Source of the DNA: an uncultured Bacillaceae bacterium
GTDB lineage: Bacteria; Bacillota; Bacilli; Caldalkalibacillales; Caldalkalibacillaceae
Reading direction: 5' to 3'
Assembly (NCBI GenBank): GCA_937927935.1
Contig: CALFAC010000136.1
Location: forward strand, 835 to 64,834
Length of the DNA: 64,000 bases
Below the pieces are notes generated by a model, which ran no database searches, was not told the DNA's origin, and worked only from the letters and a program-made list of their open reading frames with translations. Each line of letters starts with the position of its first letter. Within the stretch, counting starts at the first letter, position 1. A program made the position numbers and the translations under genes. This document shows, piece by piece, positions 42,444 to 53,093 of this stretch.

Positions 42444-44489
42444 ATGAATCGTTTTTTACGCAATTCGTTTTTTTACTTAATTATTATACTCGTTTTTGTC
42501 GGTCTCTTTAGCTACTTGAGCGATACACAGGAAGAAGCAAGGGAGATTGATTATCACCAATTTATCCAGCATTTGGAAGAAGGACGGATTGACCGCCTTA
42601 ACGTTCAAGCGCACAAAGGCGTTTGGCATATTGAAGGGGAATATAAGGACGCAGTTGGCGGGACAACCCGTTTTTTTACATATGCACCACTTAACTTTGC
42701 CGCTATCTTAGAACAAATCAATGCGGCTGATGTGGAACTCACCTATGAACCGGCTCCGGGTGACCCCATTTGGCTGACGGTCTTAACCACTTTCCTACCC
42801 TTTTTGCTCATTTTTATCCTCTTCTTTTTCCTGATGAGCCAGGCCCAGGGTGGCGGCAATAAAGTGATGAATTTTGGCAAGAGCAAGGCCAAGTTGATTC
42901 AAGAGGATAAAAAGAAAGTCACCTTCAAAGATGTGGCCGGTGCGGATGAAGAGAAGGCAGAGCTAGAAGAGATCGTTCATTTTTTGAAAGATCCTCGCAA
43001 ATTTTCCCAGCTGGGCGCTCGCATTCCGAAAGGCGTGTTGTTGGTGGGACCGCCTGGAACAGGGAAAACGCTGTTGGGCCGGGCGGTGGCTGGAGAGGCG
43101 GGCGTTCCTTTTTTCAGCATTTCCGGTTCAGATTTCGTTGAAATGTTTGTGGGCGTGGGTGCCTCCCGGGTGCGCGATCTGTTTGAAAACGCCAAGAAAA
43201 ATGCACCCTGTATTATTTTTATTGATGAGATTGATGCGGTGGGCCGTCAAAGGGGAGCGGGCCTGGGCGGTGGCCATGATGAGCGGGAACAAACCTTAAA
43301 CCAGCTCTTGGTGGAAATGGATGGGTTTGAGTCGAATGAAGGCATTATCGTGATGGCGGCCACCAACCGGCCCGATGTGTTGGACCCTGCTCTGCTTCGT
43401 CCCGGCCGATTTGACCGGCAGATTACCGTGGATCGGCCTGATATTCGGGGACGGGTGGATATATTGAAAGTGCACGCCCGCAATAAACCGCTGGGCGATG
43501 ACGTCGATTTGGAAGTGGTGGCCAAGCGGACTCCAGGGTTTGCTGGAGCCGACCTGGAAAACTTGCTGAACGAAGCGGCCTTACTTGCTGCCCGGCGCAA
43601 TAAAAAAGTGATCAACATGAAAGAAGTGGATGATGCCATCGACCGCGTCATTGCCGGTACGGAAAAAAGAAGCCGGCGCGTCTCGGAAAAGGAACGGCGC
43701 ATTGTGGCTTATCACGAGTCGGGCCATACCATTGCCGGTTACTTTTTGCCCAATGCTGACTTGGTGCACAAGGTGACCATCGTGCCCAGGGGGCAGGCTG
43801 GCGGTTATATGGTGCCCATCCCTAAGGAGGAGCGCTTTATCTATACGGAACCGGAGTTGAAAGACCGGATCGCGGGTCTTTTGGGGGGCAGGGTGGCTGA
43901 AGAGATCGTCTTTGGGGAAGTGAGCGTAGGGGCGACCGATGATTTCCGCAAAGCGACCAACCTTGCCCGGCGCATGGTGACCGAGTTTGGCATGAGCCGT
44001 TTGGGCCCCCTGCAGTTTGGTGAATCCCAGGGTCAAGTTTTCTTAGGACGGGATATTGGCCATGAGCGTAATTATTCCGAACAGGTGGCTTATGAAATTG
44101 ATAAAGAGGTGCGCCGCATTGTTTTGGAACAGTATGAGCGCTGTAAAGAGCTGCTCTTGAAATACCGTGAAAAATTGGATCAAGTGGCCCAAACCTTGTT
44201 AGAAGTGGAAACATTGACGGCTGATGAAATCAAAGAAGTGATTGAGACAGGGAAGCTTTCCAGTCTGGAGAAGAAAAAGGCAGAGAGCCGAGATCAAGCA
44301 TCCTCAACCTCAGACAAGGAAACATCGACCCCATCAACTGATCAGCCAGAGGCGTCCCACGCGAAAGACGACATCAAGGTGCATATTCAGCCCAAAAAGG
44401 ACGATACGCCTCCAGAGCAGCAAGGGGCTCAGGGGGATGCGTCCCACGAGGATCAAGAGGCTCCTGAGGGAGATAAAAAAGAAAAATAA
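42444..44489 (+). CDS. ftsH: ATP-dependent zinc metalloprotease FtsH
   Basis: Two TM segments, Walker A GPPGTGKT, Walker [12 protein letters not shown] motif, and HESGH zinc site. Confidence 0.97.
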   Translation: MNRFLRNSFFYLIIILVFVGLFSYLSDTQEEAREIDYHQFIQHLEEGRIDRLNVQAHKGVWHIEGEYKDAVGGTTRFFTYAPLNFAAILEQINAADVELTYEPAPGDPIWLTVLTTFLPFLLIFILFFFLMSQAQGGGNKVMNFGKSKAKLIQEDKKKVTFKDVAGADEEKAELEEIVHFLKDPRKFSQLGARIPKGVLLVGPPGTGKTLLGRAVAGEAGVPFFSISGSDFVEMFVGVGASRVRDLFENAKKNAPCIIFIDEIDAVGRQRGAGLGGGHDEREQTLNQLLVEMDGFESNEGIIVMAATNRPDVLDPALLRPGRFDRQITVDRPDIRGRVDILKVHARNKPLGDDVDLEVVAKRTPGFAGADLENLLNEAALLAARRNKKVINMKEVDDAIDRVIAGTEKRSRRVSEKERRIVAYHESGHTIAGYFLPNADLVHKVTIVPRGQAGGYMVPIPKEERFIYTEPELKDRIAGLLGGRVAEEIVFGEVSVGATDDFRKATNLARRMVTEFGMSRLGPLQFGESQGQVFLGRDIGHERNYSEQVAYEIDKEVRRIVLEQYERCKELLLKYREKLDQVAQTLLEVETLTADEIKEVIETGKLSSLEKKKAESRDQASSTSDKETSTPSTDQPEASHAKDDIKVHIQPKKDDTPPEQQGAQGDASHEDQEAPEGDKKEK

Positions 44490-44523
44490 TGATTCAACAG
44501 TGCAGTTGACGGTGTACAATAAG

Positions 44524-44553
44524 GAGAGAGTGGTGGGTCGCTCTCTCTTTTTT
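44524..44553 (+). terminator. intrinsic terminator after ftsH
   Basis: GAGAGAG...CTCTCTC stem followed by T6. Confidence 0.6.
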
Positions 44554-44571
44554 ATGTGAAAAAGAGGTGAA

Positions 44572-45339
44572 ATGATGATACTGGTGATTGATGTGGGCAA
44601 TACCAATATTGTATTGGGGGTTTACCAAGATAAAAAACTGACCCATCATTGGCGCATCACCACCCACAAACAGCAGACAGAAGATGAATATGGCCTTTTG
44701 TTTAACGGTTTGTTTCAACAAGCGGGCCTGTATCCCATGCAAGTGGAGGGCATCATCCTCTCATCGGTTGTCCCATCCCTCATGTTTGCCTTAGAGAGAA
44801 TGTGTCTTAAATATTTTGGGAAGGAGCCCCTTGTTGTGGGGCCTGGATTAAAAACCGGTTTGCCCATCCGCTACGAGAATCCCAAGGAGGTTGGGGCTGA
44901 CCGCATCGTCAATGCGGTGGCCGCCCTGGAGGAGTATGATCCTCCTTTGATCATTATCGATTTTGGAACGGCCACCACCTTCTGCTATATCGATGAGAAA
45001 GGGCACTATTTAGGGGGCGCCATTGCCCCGGGAATTCACATTTCCACCGATGCCCTTTACCAACGCGCTTCCAAACTGCCTCGGGTTGATCTGAGGTTTC
45101 CCAATCGGGTGATTGGACGCAATACGGTGGAAGCGATGCAGTCCGGCATTTTATACGGTTATGTGGGCATGGTGGATGGCGTGGTGGAACGCATGATAAA
45201 AGATCAGGGAGTTGAGCCGACGGTGATTGCCACCGGTGGACTGGCCGAACAGATCGCCAAGGAATCGGCCTATATCAAACATGTGGATCCCTTCCTCACC
45301 TTAAAAGGACTGTATGTCTTGTACCGTCGTAATCAATAG
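44572..45339 (+). CDS. coaX: type III pantothenate kinase
   Basis: [13 protein letters not shown] and DFGTATT motifs. Confidence 0.9.
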   Translation: MMILVIDVGNTNIVLGVYQDKKLTHHWRITTHKQQTEDEYGLLFNGLFQQAGLYPMQVEGIILSSVVPSLMFALERMCLKYFGKEPLVVGPGLKTGLPIRYENPKEVGADRIVNAVAALEEYDPPLIIIDFGTATTFCYIDEKGHYLGGAIAPGIHISTDALYQRASKLPRVDLRFPNRVIGRNTVEAMQSGILYGYVGMVDGVVERMIKDQGVEPTVIATGGLAEQIAKESAYIKHVDPFLTLKGLYVLYRRNQ

Positions 45340-45449
45340 CAGACTGCTAAGCGGGCGAGCAGGCAGGGGCTTATTTGGGGCAAATAGAGATATACGTTTT
45401 GACCATAGGTTGACTGATGTGCAGAGGGTCATCACAAAGGAGGAAAATA

Positions 45450-46394
45450 ATGACTTTACGTGACTCTGCTCCTCAACGGGGAGATTATATGGTTAAAGCA
45501 CTGGTTTTAGATGGCCGGGTTCGGGTGTATGCTGTGCGTACCACCCAGCTGGCAGAGGAGTGCCGCCGCCGGCATGATACCTGGCCCACCGCCACAGCAG
45601 CTTTAGGCCGCACGTTATCGGTGGGAGCCCTGATGGGGGGCATGTTAAAAGGGGAGGATAAATTAACCATTCGCATCGCCGGAGGCGGTCCCATCGGACA
45701 GATCATTGTGGATGCCAACGCCAAAGGAGAGGTGAGGGGGTTTGTCTCCCAGCCCCATGTGGACTTACCCCTTAATGCCCAGGGGAAGCTGGACGTGGGT
45801 GGAGCAGTGGGAACGAAAGGTACCTTAAACGTGACCCGCGATTTAGGTTTGAAAGAGCCTTATCATGGTTCCAGCCCGCTGGTGAGCGGCGAAATTGGCG
45901 ATGATTTTAGTTACTATTTCACCCAGTCTGAGCAAACCCCTTCAGCGGTGGGGGTAGGTGTGTTGGTTAATCCCGATCTTTCGGTCAAAGCCAGTGGCGG
46001 ATACATTATTCAACTGTTGCCAGGTGTGGAGGATGCATTTATCGATCAGCTGGAAGAGCGGCTCAAATCGATCCCTGCCGTATCCACCATGGTGGATCAG
46101 GGGTATACTCCGGAAGAGATGATTGAAGCGTTGTTTCCCCATGAAGAGATTAAGTGGTTGGAAAAGCTGGAGGTCCGCTTTTTCTGCCCCTGCTCCAAAG
46201 GTCGGGTGAAAGATATCTTGGTTAGCCTGGGCGAGCAGGAGCTGCGCAGTCTGCTAGAAGAGCAGGGACAAGCCGAGGTCACCTGTCATTTTTGTAGAGA
46301 GCGCCACCTGATTTCTAAAGAAGAGCTAGAGGCATTGATCGCGGAACAGGCCCAGACCACTGAAACGCCGGAGTCTAACGGATCTGCTGAATAG
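45450..46394 (+). CDS. hslO: redox-regulated chaperone Hsp33
   Basis: YMVKALVLDGRVRVYAV N-terminus and the C-terminal zinc centre FCPCS...CHFCRE. ATG 45450 follows AAGGAGG. Confidence 0.9.
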   Translation: MTLRDSAPQRGDYMVKALVLDGRVRVYAVRTTQLAEECRRRHDTWPTATAALGRTLSVGALMGGMLKGEDKLTIRIAGGGPIGQIIVDANAKGEVRGFVSQPHVDLPLNAQGKLDVGGAVGTKGTLNVTRDLGLKEPYHGSSPLVSGEIGDDFSYYFTQSEQTPSAVGVGVLVNPDLSVKASGGYIIQLLPGVEDAFIDQLEERLKSIPAVSTMVDQGYTPEEMIEALFPHEEIKWLEKLEVRFFCPCSKGRVKDILVSLGEQELRSLLEEQGQAEVTCHFCRERHLISKEELEALIAEQAQTTETPESNGSAE

Positions 46395-46425
46395 GCAGAG
46401 GAGCTTGCTGGAAAGGCACATCTAC

Positions 46426-46458
46426 GGCATTCCGTCTAGGAGACGGGATGCCCTTTTT
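46426..46458 (+). terminator. intrinsic terminator after hslO
   Basis: GGCATTCCGTCT-AGGA-GACGGGATGCC hairpin followed by T5. Confidence 0.75.
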
Positions 46459-46664
46459 AATTTTGAAGAACAGTTATTTGGGAGGTGGGCCGTTGCGGAT
46501 TAGATTTTAACTATGCGCAGCCCATCAGCTGGTACTTTACCGCCTGGGTCATCTTGATGGGCATCCTGTTTTGGCTCACTTTCCAGTTTGTTGTGTGATG
46601 TTTTTTTTAGAGGATTTAGGTAAAATGGTGCTAGATGTATTCAAATTGGTGATAGCAAAAAGGG

Positions 46665-47507
46665 ATGATGATGGTGCAACGTCCATTAGTCATTGAAGCA
46701 GGTCCGTATCAGCTTGATTTTTCCCAAAAAACGTATGTGATGGGGATCCTTAATGTAACCCCTGATTCCTTTTCCGATGGCGGCAAGCATAATACCTTGG
46801 ATAGAGCCATTGATCATGCCGCCCGCATGGTGGCAGAAGGGGCCGATATCATCGATATCGGCGGCGAGTCCACCCGTCCCGGTTTTCAACCTATCTCGGC
46901 TGAAGAGGAACTGGAGCGGGTACTGCCGGTGGTGGAAGCGCTGGCCACCCGCTTTGATCTTCCCTTATCCATCGATACCTATAAGGCCAAAGTGGCTAAA
47001 GCGGCCCTAGAGCACGGTGCCCATATCATTAATGATATCTGGGGGGCCAAGGCAGACAGCCAGATGGCCCAGGTGGCCGCCGAAACAGGAGCCCCCATCA
47101 TTTTGATGCATAATCGCAAAGAGGCCACTTACCAGAATCTCATCCGGGATATGCTTAATGATCTGTTTGAAAGCATCCACTTGGTGCGTCAGGCTGGTGT
47201 CAGGGAAGATAAGATTATTTTGGATCCGGGCATCGGCTTTGGCAAAACGTATGAGCACAATGTGGAGATTATGCGTCAGCTGGAGCGCTTCACCAGCCTG
47301 GGCTATCCCGTCTTATTGGGCACCTCCAGAAAATCGATGATTGGCTATGCCCTTGATCTGCCTGTGGGAGAGCGTCTGGAAGGGACCATCGCCACCGTTT
47401 GTCAAGGCATTAGCAAGGGTTGTGCAGTGGTGCGGGTTCACGATGTGAAAGAGCATGTTCGGGCCGTTAAGATGATGGATCTCATGGTGGGTAAGAGGAG
47501 CGTCTGA
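46665..47507 (+). CDS. folP: dihydropteroate synthase
   Basis: ILNVTPDSFSDGG and DIGGESTRPG. The start could be any of three consecutive ATGs or the following GTG. Confidence 0.93.
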   Translation: MMMVQRPLVIEAGPYQLDFSQKTYVMGILNVTPDSFSDGGKHNTLDRAIDHAARMVAEGADIIDIGGESTRPGFQPISAEEELERVLPVVEALATRFDLPLSIDTYKAKVAKAALEHGAHIINDIWGAKADSQMAQVAAETGAPIILMHNRKEATYQNLIRDMLNDLFESIHLVRQAGVREDKIILDPGIGFGKTYEHNVEIMRQLERFTSLGYPVLLGTSRKSMIGYALDLPVGERLEGTIATVCQGISKGCAVVRVHDVKEHVRAVKMMDLMVGKRSV

Positions 47508-47508
47508 C

Positions 47509-47883
47509 ATGGATAAAATCGTATTTCAAGGGATGCAGTTTTACGCCTATCATGGCGTCTATCCAGAAGAAAACAAGCTGGGGCAGCCCTTTGTGATCGA
47601 TGTGGAGGCCAGCCTCGATCTTAAACAGGCTGGCCTGACGGACGCTTTGGAACAGACCATTGATTATGGCCAGCTTTATCAGCTGGTAGAAAAGGTGGTG
47701 ACAGGCCGCACCTTTCGCCTCATTGAGGCGCTGGCCGAAGCGGTAGCTGGGGAGCTTTTGAAAGCATATCCCAAAATGGCAGCGGTCAAAGTGCGGGTGA
47801 CCAAACCCAATCCCCCCATCGCCGGCCTGTATGCCGGCGTGGCCGTGGAGATTAACCGTCACAGAGTGAAGGGAGACAACTAG
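47509..47883 (+). CDS. folB: dihydroneopterin aldolase
   Basis: FYAYHGVYPEE..LGQ.F family signature. Confidence 0.9.
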   Translation: MDKIVFQGMQFYAYHGVYPEENKLGQPFVIDVEASLDLKQAGLTDALEQTIDYGQLYQLVEKVVTGRTFRLIEALAEAVAGELLKAYPKMAAVKVRVTKPNPPIAGLYAGVAVEINRHRVKGDN

Positions 47884-47885
47884 AT

Positions 47886-48422
47886 TTGACACAGATGGTG
47901 CCTTTTTATCTTGGCTTGGGCTCCAATCTGGGCCAGCGGGAAGAGTATTTGTGCCAAGCGCTCAATCATTTGGTGGACCAGGAGGGCATCCGCCTGTTGC
48001 GCTGGTCTTCCATTTTTGAGACGGAACCGGTTGGCTTGAAAAACCAACCTTTTTTTCTTAACATGGTGGTTGCAGGGGAGACTGAACTTTCGGCCCATGA
48101 GCTGTTTCAGGTCACTTCCCGCATTGAACAACTTTTGGGGCGAACCCGCCAGGTGCGCTGGGGTCCTCGCACCATTGATATAGACCTTTTATTATATGAC
48201 CAACTGTGCCTAAATACGGCTGAACTGACGCTGCCTCATCCCCGTTTGGCGGAGCGGGCTTTTGTGCTCATCCCCTTGGCAGAGATTGCGGCAAAAGTGG
48301 TGGTTCCAGGTCTTGGTCAGACTGTGGAAACCCTCTTGGCAAAGGTGAGCAGAAAGGGTGTCAAAGTGTGGATGAACAAACTATTACGTGGGGAAGACGG
48401 ATACGTGCATATCGCAAATTGA
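47886..48422 (+). CDS. folK: 2-amino-4-hydroxy-6-hydroxymethyldihydropteridine pyrophosphokinase
   Basis: LGLGSNLG and RWGPRTIDIDLL motifs. The C-terminal tail overlaps the next gene by 55 nt. Confidence 0.9.
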   Translation: MTQMVPFYLGLGSNLGQREEYLCQALNHLVDQEGIRLLRWSSIFETEPVGLKNQPFFLNMVVAGETELSAHELFQVTSRIEQLLGRTRQVRWGPRTIDIDLLLYDQLCLNTAELTLPHPRLAERAFVLIPLAEIAAKVVVPGLGQTVETLLAKVSRKGVKVWMNKLLRGEDGYVHIAN

Positions 48423-48583
48423 AACGCCTAACGCAGAAAGAGCTGGCGGACGCTCTTCATGTTTCAGTCTCCGTGCTGGGAGCCATTGAGCGGGGAGACA
48501 AAGCGCCGACTGAACAGTTTTTGGCTGAGGTGGCCGAGGTGCTGCAGATCGATCTTGAAGAGTTAAAAGGAAATCATGCCTAG
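48368..48583 (+). CDS. yazB: XRE-family HTH protein (YazB-like)
   Basis: IRAYRKLKRLTQKELADALHVSVSVLGAIERG is an HTH_3 motif. Position folK-yazB-dusB. Confidence 0.75.
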   Translation: MDEQTITWGRRIRAYRKLKRLTQKELADALHVSVSVLGAIERGDKAPTEQFLAEVAEVLQIDLEELKGNHA

Positions 48584-48599
48584 GAAAGGAGTGAGGTGT

Positions 48600-49592
48600 A
48601 TGACGCTGCAAATTGGTCCAGTGAAGCTGAAAAATCCCGTGGTGTTAGCCCCCATGGCTGGGGTGTGCAACCCGGCCTTTCGGCTGATTGCCAAGGAGTT
48701 TGGGGCTGGCTTGGTCTGCGCCGAAATGGTGAGCGACAAAGGGCTCCTGTATGGAAATGAGCGAACCAAACGGATGCTGTATGTGGATGAACGGGAACGT
48801 CCCCTTTCCTTGCAAATTTTTGGTGGGGATCGGGACACCTTGGTGGCGGCGGCCAAAATTGTGGATCAACAAACCAATGCCGACATCATTGATATTAATA
48901 TGGGTTGTCCGGCACCTAAAATTGTGAAATGTGATGCCGGGGCCAAATGGCTCCTTGATCCCAACAAAATTTATGAAATGGTGGCCGCGGTGGTGGATGC
49001 GGTCCAAAAGCCGGTAACGGTGAAGATGCGCATCGGCTGGGATGAAAAGCATATCTATGCCGTTGAAAATGCGCTGGCAGCTGAACGAGGGGGCGCCCGG
49101 GCCATCGCCGTTCATGGTCGCACCAGGGCTCAAATGTATCAAGGAAAGGCCAACTGGGAGATTATCCGGCAGGTGAAAGAAGCGGTTAAAATTCCTGTGA
49201 TTGGTAACGGCGATATCGATTCGCCCCAGAAAGCGAAGCTAATGTTAGACAAATACGGTGTGGACGGCATCATGATCGGCCGGGCCGCTTTGGGCAACCC
49301 CTGGATGTTGTATCGCACCGTCAAATATTTGGAGGAAGGTGTCCTTTACCCTGAGCCCACGCCCAAGGAACGGATCGATATTTGTGCCTTGCATCTGGAT
49401 CGACTCATCGCTTTAAAAGGGGAAAAGGTGGCGGTGCAGGAGATGCGCAAACATGCCGCCTGGTACATTAAGGGAATCCGGGGGGCAGCCGCCATCCGCA
49501 CGAAGATTAACCAGGCTGAGACTCGAGAAGAGCTTTTGGATATTCTGTATCAGTTTGTCCAGCCGCTGGAGGCTGAAAAAGAGGCCATTTAA
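48600..49592 (+). CDS. dusB: tRNA-dihydrouridine synthase B
   Basis: LAPMAGV, DINMGCPAPK and VHGRTR motifs (FMN TIM barrel). ATG 48600 follows AAAGGAGTGAGGTG. Confidence 0.9.
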   Translation: MTLQIGPVKLKNPVVLAPMAGVCNPAFRLIAKEFGAGLVCAEMVSDKGLLYGNERTKRMLYVDERERPLSLQIFGGDRDTLVAAAKIVDQQTNADIIDINMGCPAPKIVKCDAGAKWLLDPNKIYEMVAAVVDAVQKPVTVKMRIGWDEKHIYAVENALAAERGGARAIAVHGRTRAQMYQGKANWEIIRQVKEAVKIPVIGNGDIDSPQKAKLMLDKYGVDGIMIGRAALGNPWMLYRTVKYLEEGVLYPEPTPKERIDICALHLDRLIALKGEKVAVQEMRKHAAWYIKGIRGAAAIRTKINQAETREELLDILYQFVQPLEAEKEAI

Positions 49593-49596
49593 ACAG

Positions 49597-49626
49597 TTGA
49601 CAAGGGGATTGGTTATCCAATATAAT
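49597..49626 (+). promoter_or_regulatory. consensus sigma-A promoter between dusB and greA
   Basis: TTGACA (49597-49602), 18-nt spacer, TATAAT (49621-49626). Confidence 0.5.
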
Positions 49627-49649
49627 ACGGTAAGATTTTTTCAAATAAA

Positions 49650-49675
49650 CTGCCAGTCTGCCACTGGCAGTTTTT
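49650..49675 (+). terminator. intrinsic terminator-like hairpin in the greA leader (or dusB terminator)
   Basis: CTGCCAGT-CTGCC-ACTGGCAG hairpin followed by T5. An 11-bp perfect stem follows at 49677-49706 (TGCACTTTACA / TGTAAAGTGCA). Confidence 0.6.
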
Positions 49676-49755
49676 CTGCACTTTACAAGCATTGATGTAA
49701 AGTGCACTTCATCTCCCGCTAAGGGGCTTACTATTGTAAATTTGGGGGAGTTATC

Positions 49756-50232
49756 ATGAGCGAGAAAGAAACCATTTTGACCCCTGAAGGGTTAAAGAAA
49801 CTGGAGCAGGAGCTAGATCATTTAAAATCAGTGCGACGTAAAGAGGTTGCTGAACGGATTAAGATGGCTATTAGTTATGGAGATATTAGTGAAAACTCTG
49901 AATATGATGACGCTAAAAACGAGCAAGCCTTTGTGGAAGGTCGAATTATCACTCTGGAAAAGATGTTGCGCAATGCCCGCATCATCAATGATGATGAGGT
50001 CGATACTGAGGTTGTGGGCATTGGATCAAAAGTGACTTTGAAAGATATAGAGTTTGATGATATAGTGGAATATACCATTGTAGGCTCGGCCGAATCAGAC
50101 CCAGCGGCTAACCGCATTTCCAACGAATCCCCTGTAGGCCGTGCTTTGTTGGGAAAAAAGAAGGGGGATCGGGTCACTGTCAATGTGCCGGCTGGGGTCA
50201 TCGAATATGAAATTTTAGATATTAGACGTTAA
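49756..50232 (+). CDS. greA: transcription elongation factor GreA
   Basis: LT.EG..KL..EL..L...R.E coiled coil with acidic tip ([12 protein letters not shown]). The C-terminal domain ends ..YEILDI. Confidence 0.95.
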   Translation: MSEKETILTPEGLKKLEQELDHLKSVRRKEVAERIKMAISYGDISENSEYDDAKNEQAFVEGRIITLEKMLRNARIINDDEVDTEVVGIGSKVTLKDIEFDDIVEYTIVGSAESDPAANRISNESPVGRALLGKKKGDRVTVNVPAGVIEYEILDIRR

Positions 50233-50274
50233 GTAAAGAAAGGTCGTTGGGAAGGAGGTTGCTTCATCTCCTAG

Positions 50275-51777
<1,503 letters not shown>

Positions 51778-51792
51778 AAGTTTTGCATGACA

Positions 51793-51829
51793 GCCTGCTG
51801 GAAAACAGTCCGGCAGGCCGTTTCTTTTT
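51793..51829 (+). terminator. intrinsic terminator after lysS (first of two)
   Basis: GCCTGCTGG...CCGGCAGGC stem followed by a T-rich tail. Confidence 0.6.
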
Positions 51830-51888
51830 CCCTCATTCTTCAACATGATGCTGAAAACTTAGCAAACTTCCAGCAGTGGATCATTTTA

Positions 51889-51918
51889 CCTGGTCGACAT
51901 GAGCCGGCCAGGTTTTTT
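51889..51918 (+). terminator. second intrinsic terminator after lysS
   Basis: CCTGGTCG...CGGCCAGG stem followed by T6. Confidence 0.65.
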
Positions 51919-52013
51919 GTTTGCCCTTTCTTTATTAAGAAAAAGTTAAGGTTTTCTTAAAAGCTTTTTAAGGTGGACGAGTTATCATGGTAAAGCAGAA
52001 AGGGGAGAAAAGG

Positions 52014-53093
52014 ATGAGACGTATCCAACTGGCCGTTCTTTTTGGGGGATGCTCCAATGAGTATCACGTTTCGTTACGTTCGGCAGCCGCCGTTTTGGAA
52101 CACTTAAATCGCGCTCAGTACGACATCATCATGGTGGGCATTACCCGGAGAGGGGAGTGGTTTCGCTATGAGGGGGAGCTGGAAGCGATCCGTGAGGACC
52201 GCTGGCATCAGCTCACCCATTGTTGTCTGCCCATCAGTTTTTCTCCAAGCCGTAGCATCAGGGGCATCCTGGAATGGAGAGATCAAAGGGCGGTGACTGT
52301 GCCCATTGATCTTGCTTTTCCCGTGCTTCATGGGAAGAACGGAGAGGATGGGAGCGTGCAAGCTCTGTTGGACCTGTGCGGGATACCGTATGTTGGCTGC
52401 GGTATGGTCTCTTCCGTCATTTGTATGGATAAAGCCATCGCCCATACCTTGGTTCGGGCGGCAGGAATCCCCACCGCAACGTCCATCACCCTCTATGCAG
52501 GCGATGATTTAAAACAGATATGGGAACGGATCGAGACCATGACCTTTCCACTCTTTGTTAAACCGGCCAAATCCGGCTCTTCCATTGGCATCACGAAAGT
52601 GGTGGAAAAAAACGGGCTTGTTGATGCGATCCAACGAGCCTTCCAACATGATGACAAAGTGGTGATTGAGGAAGAGGTGGCAGGGATTGAAGTGGGCTGT
52701 GCTGTACTGGGGGATGCCGCTGATCCCTTTATGGGGGAAATTGATGAAATTGAACTGTTGTCCACTGGGTTTTTTGATTACGAGGAAAAGTATGCCTTAA
52801 ATTCGGCCAAGATTCATTTGCCGGCCCGTCTGGATGATAGCACCGTACGCAAGATCAAAACGACAGCTCACACCATTTATAAAATTCTGGGCTGCCAAGG
52901 GTTAGCCCGAGTGGATCTGTTTTTAAAACCGGATGGCACCCTTCTTTTTAATGAGGTTAACACCATGCCGGGGTTTACGGCGCACAGCCGTTATCCCCAG
53001 ATGATGGAGGCGGCAGGTCTTTCCTTTGGCGAACTGTTGGATCGTCTAATTGAAATGGCGTTGGCCAAGGGGGAGAGGGCGTATGCAACCTGA
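52014..53093 (+). CDS. vanG: D-alanine--D-serine ligase, VanG/VanC-class (Van-type ATP-grasp ligase)
   Basis: LFGGCSNEYHVSL, GITRRGEWFRYEGE, FPVLHGKNGEDGSVQALLDLCGIPYVGC, omega-loop GFFDYEEKYALNS, NTMPGFTAHSRYPQMM. Coupled to a VanT-type gene. ATG 52014 follows AGGGGAG. Confidence 0.8.
   Translation: MRRIQLAVLFGGCSNEYHVSLRSAAAVLEHLNRAQYDIIMVGITRRGEWFRYEGELEAIREDRWHQLTHCCLPISFSPSRSIRGILEWRDQRAVTVPIDLAFPVLHGKNGEDGSVQALLDLCGIPYVGCGMVSSVICMDKAIAHTLVRAAGIPTATSITLYAGDDLKQIWERIETMTFPLFVKPAKSGSSIGITKVVEKNGLVDAIQRAFQHDDKVVIEEEVAGIEVGCAVLGDAADPFMGEIDEIELLSTGFFDYEEKYALNSAKIHLPARLDDSTVRKIKTTAHTIYKILGCQGLARVDLFLKPDGTLLFNEVNTMPGFTAHSRYPQMMEAAGLSFGELLDRLIEMALAKGERAYAT

Noticed and set aside
46466-46598. 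37-codon hydrophobic ORF (..ISWYFTAWVILMGILFWLTFQFVV*) in the 270-nt hslO-folP gap, and a possible riboswitch there
   Set aside because: The only in-frame start (GTG 46485) lies inside the GGAGG it would need as an SD. The SD is instead followed by a 5-codon TTG mini-ORF in another frame. I see local stems (CCCATCA...TGATGGG), but nothing matching the THF or other riboswitch cores I know. It is left unannotated.
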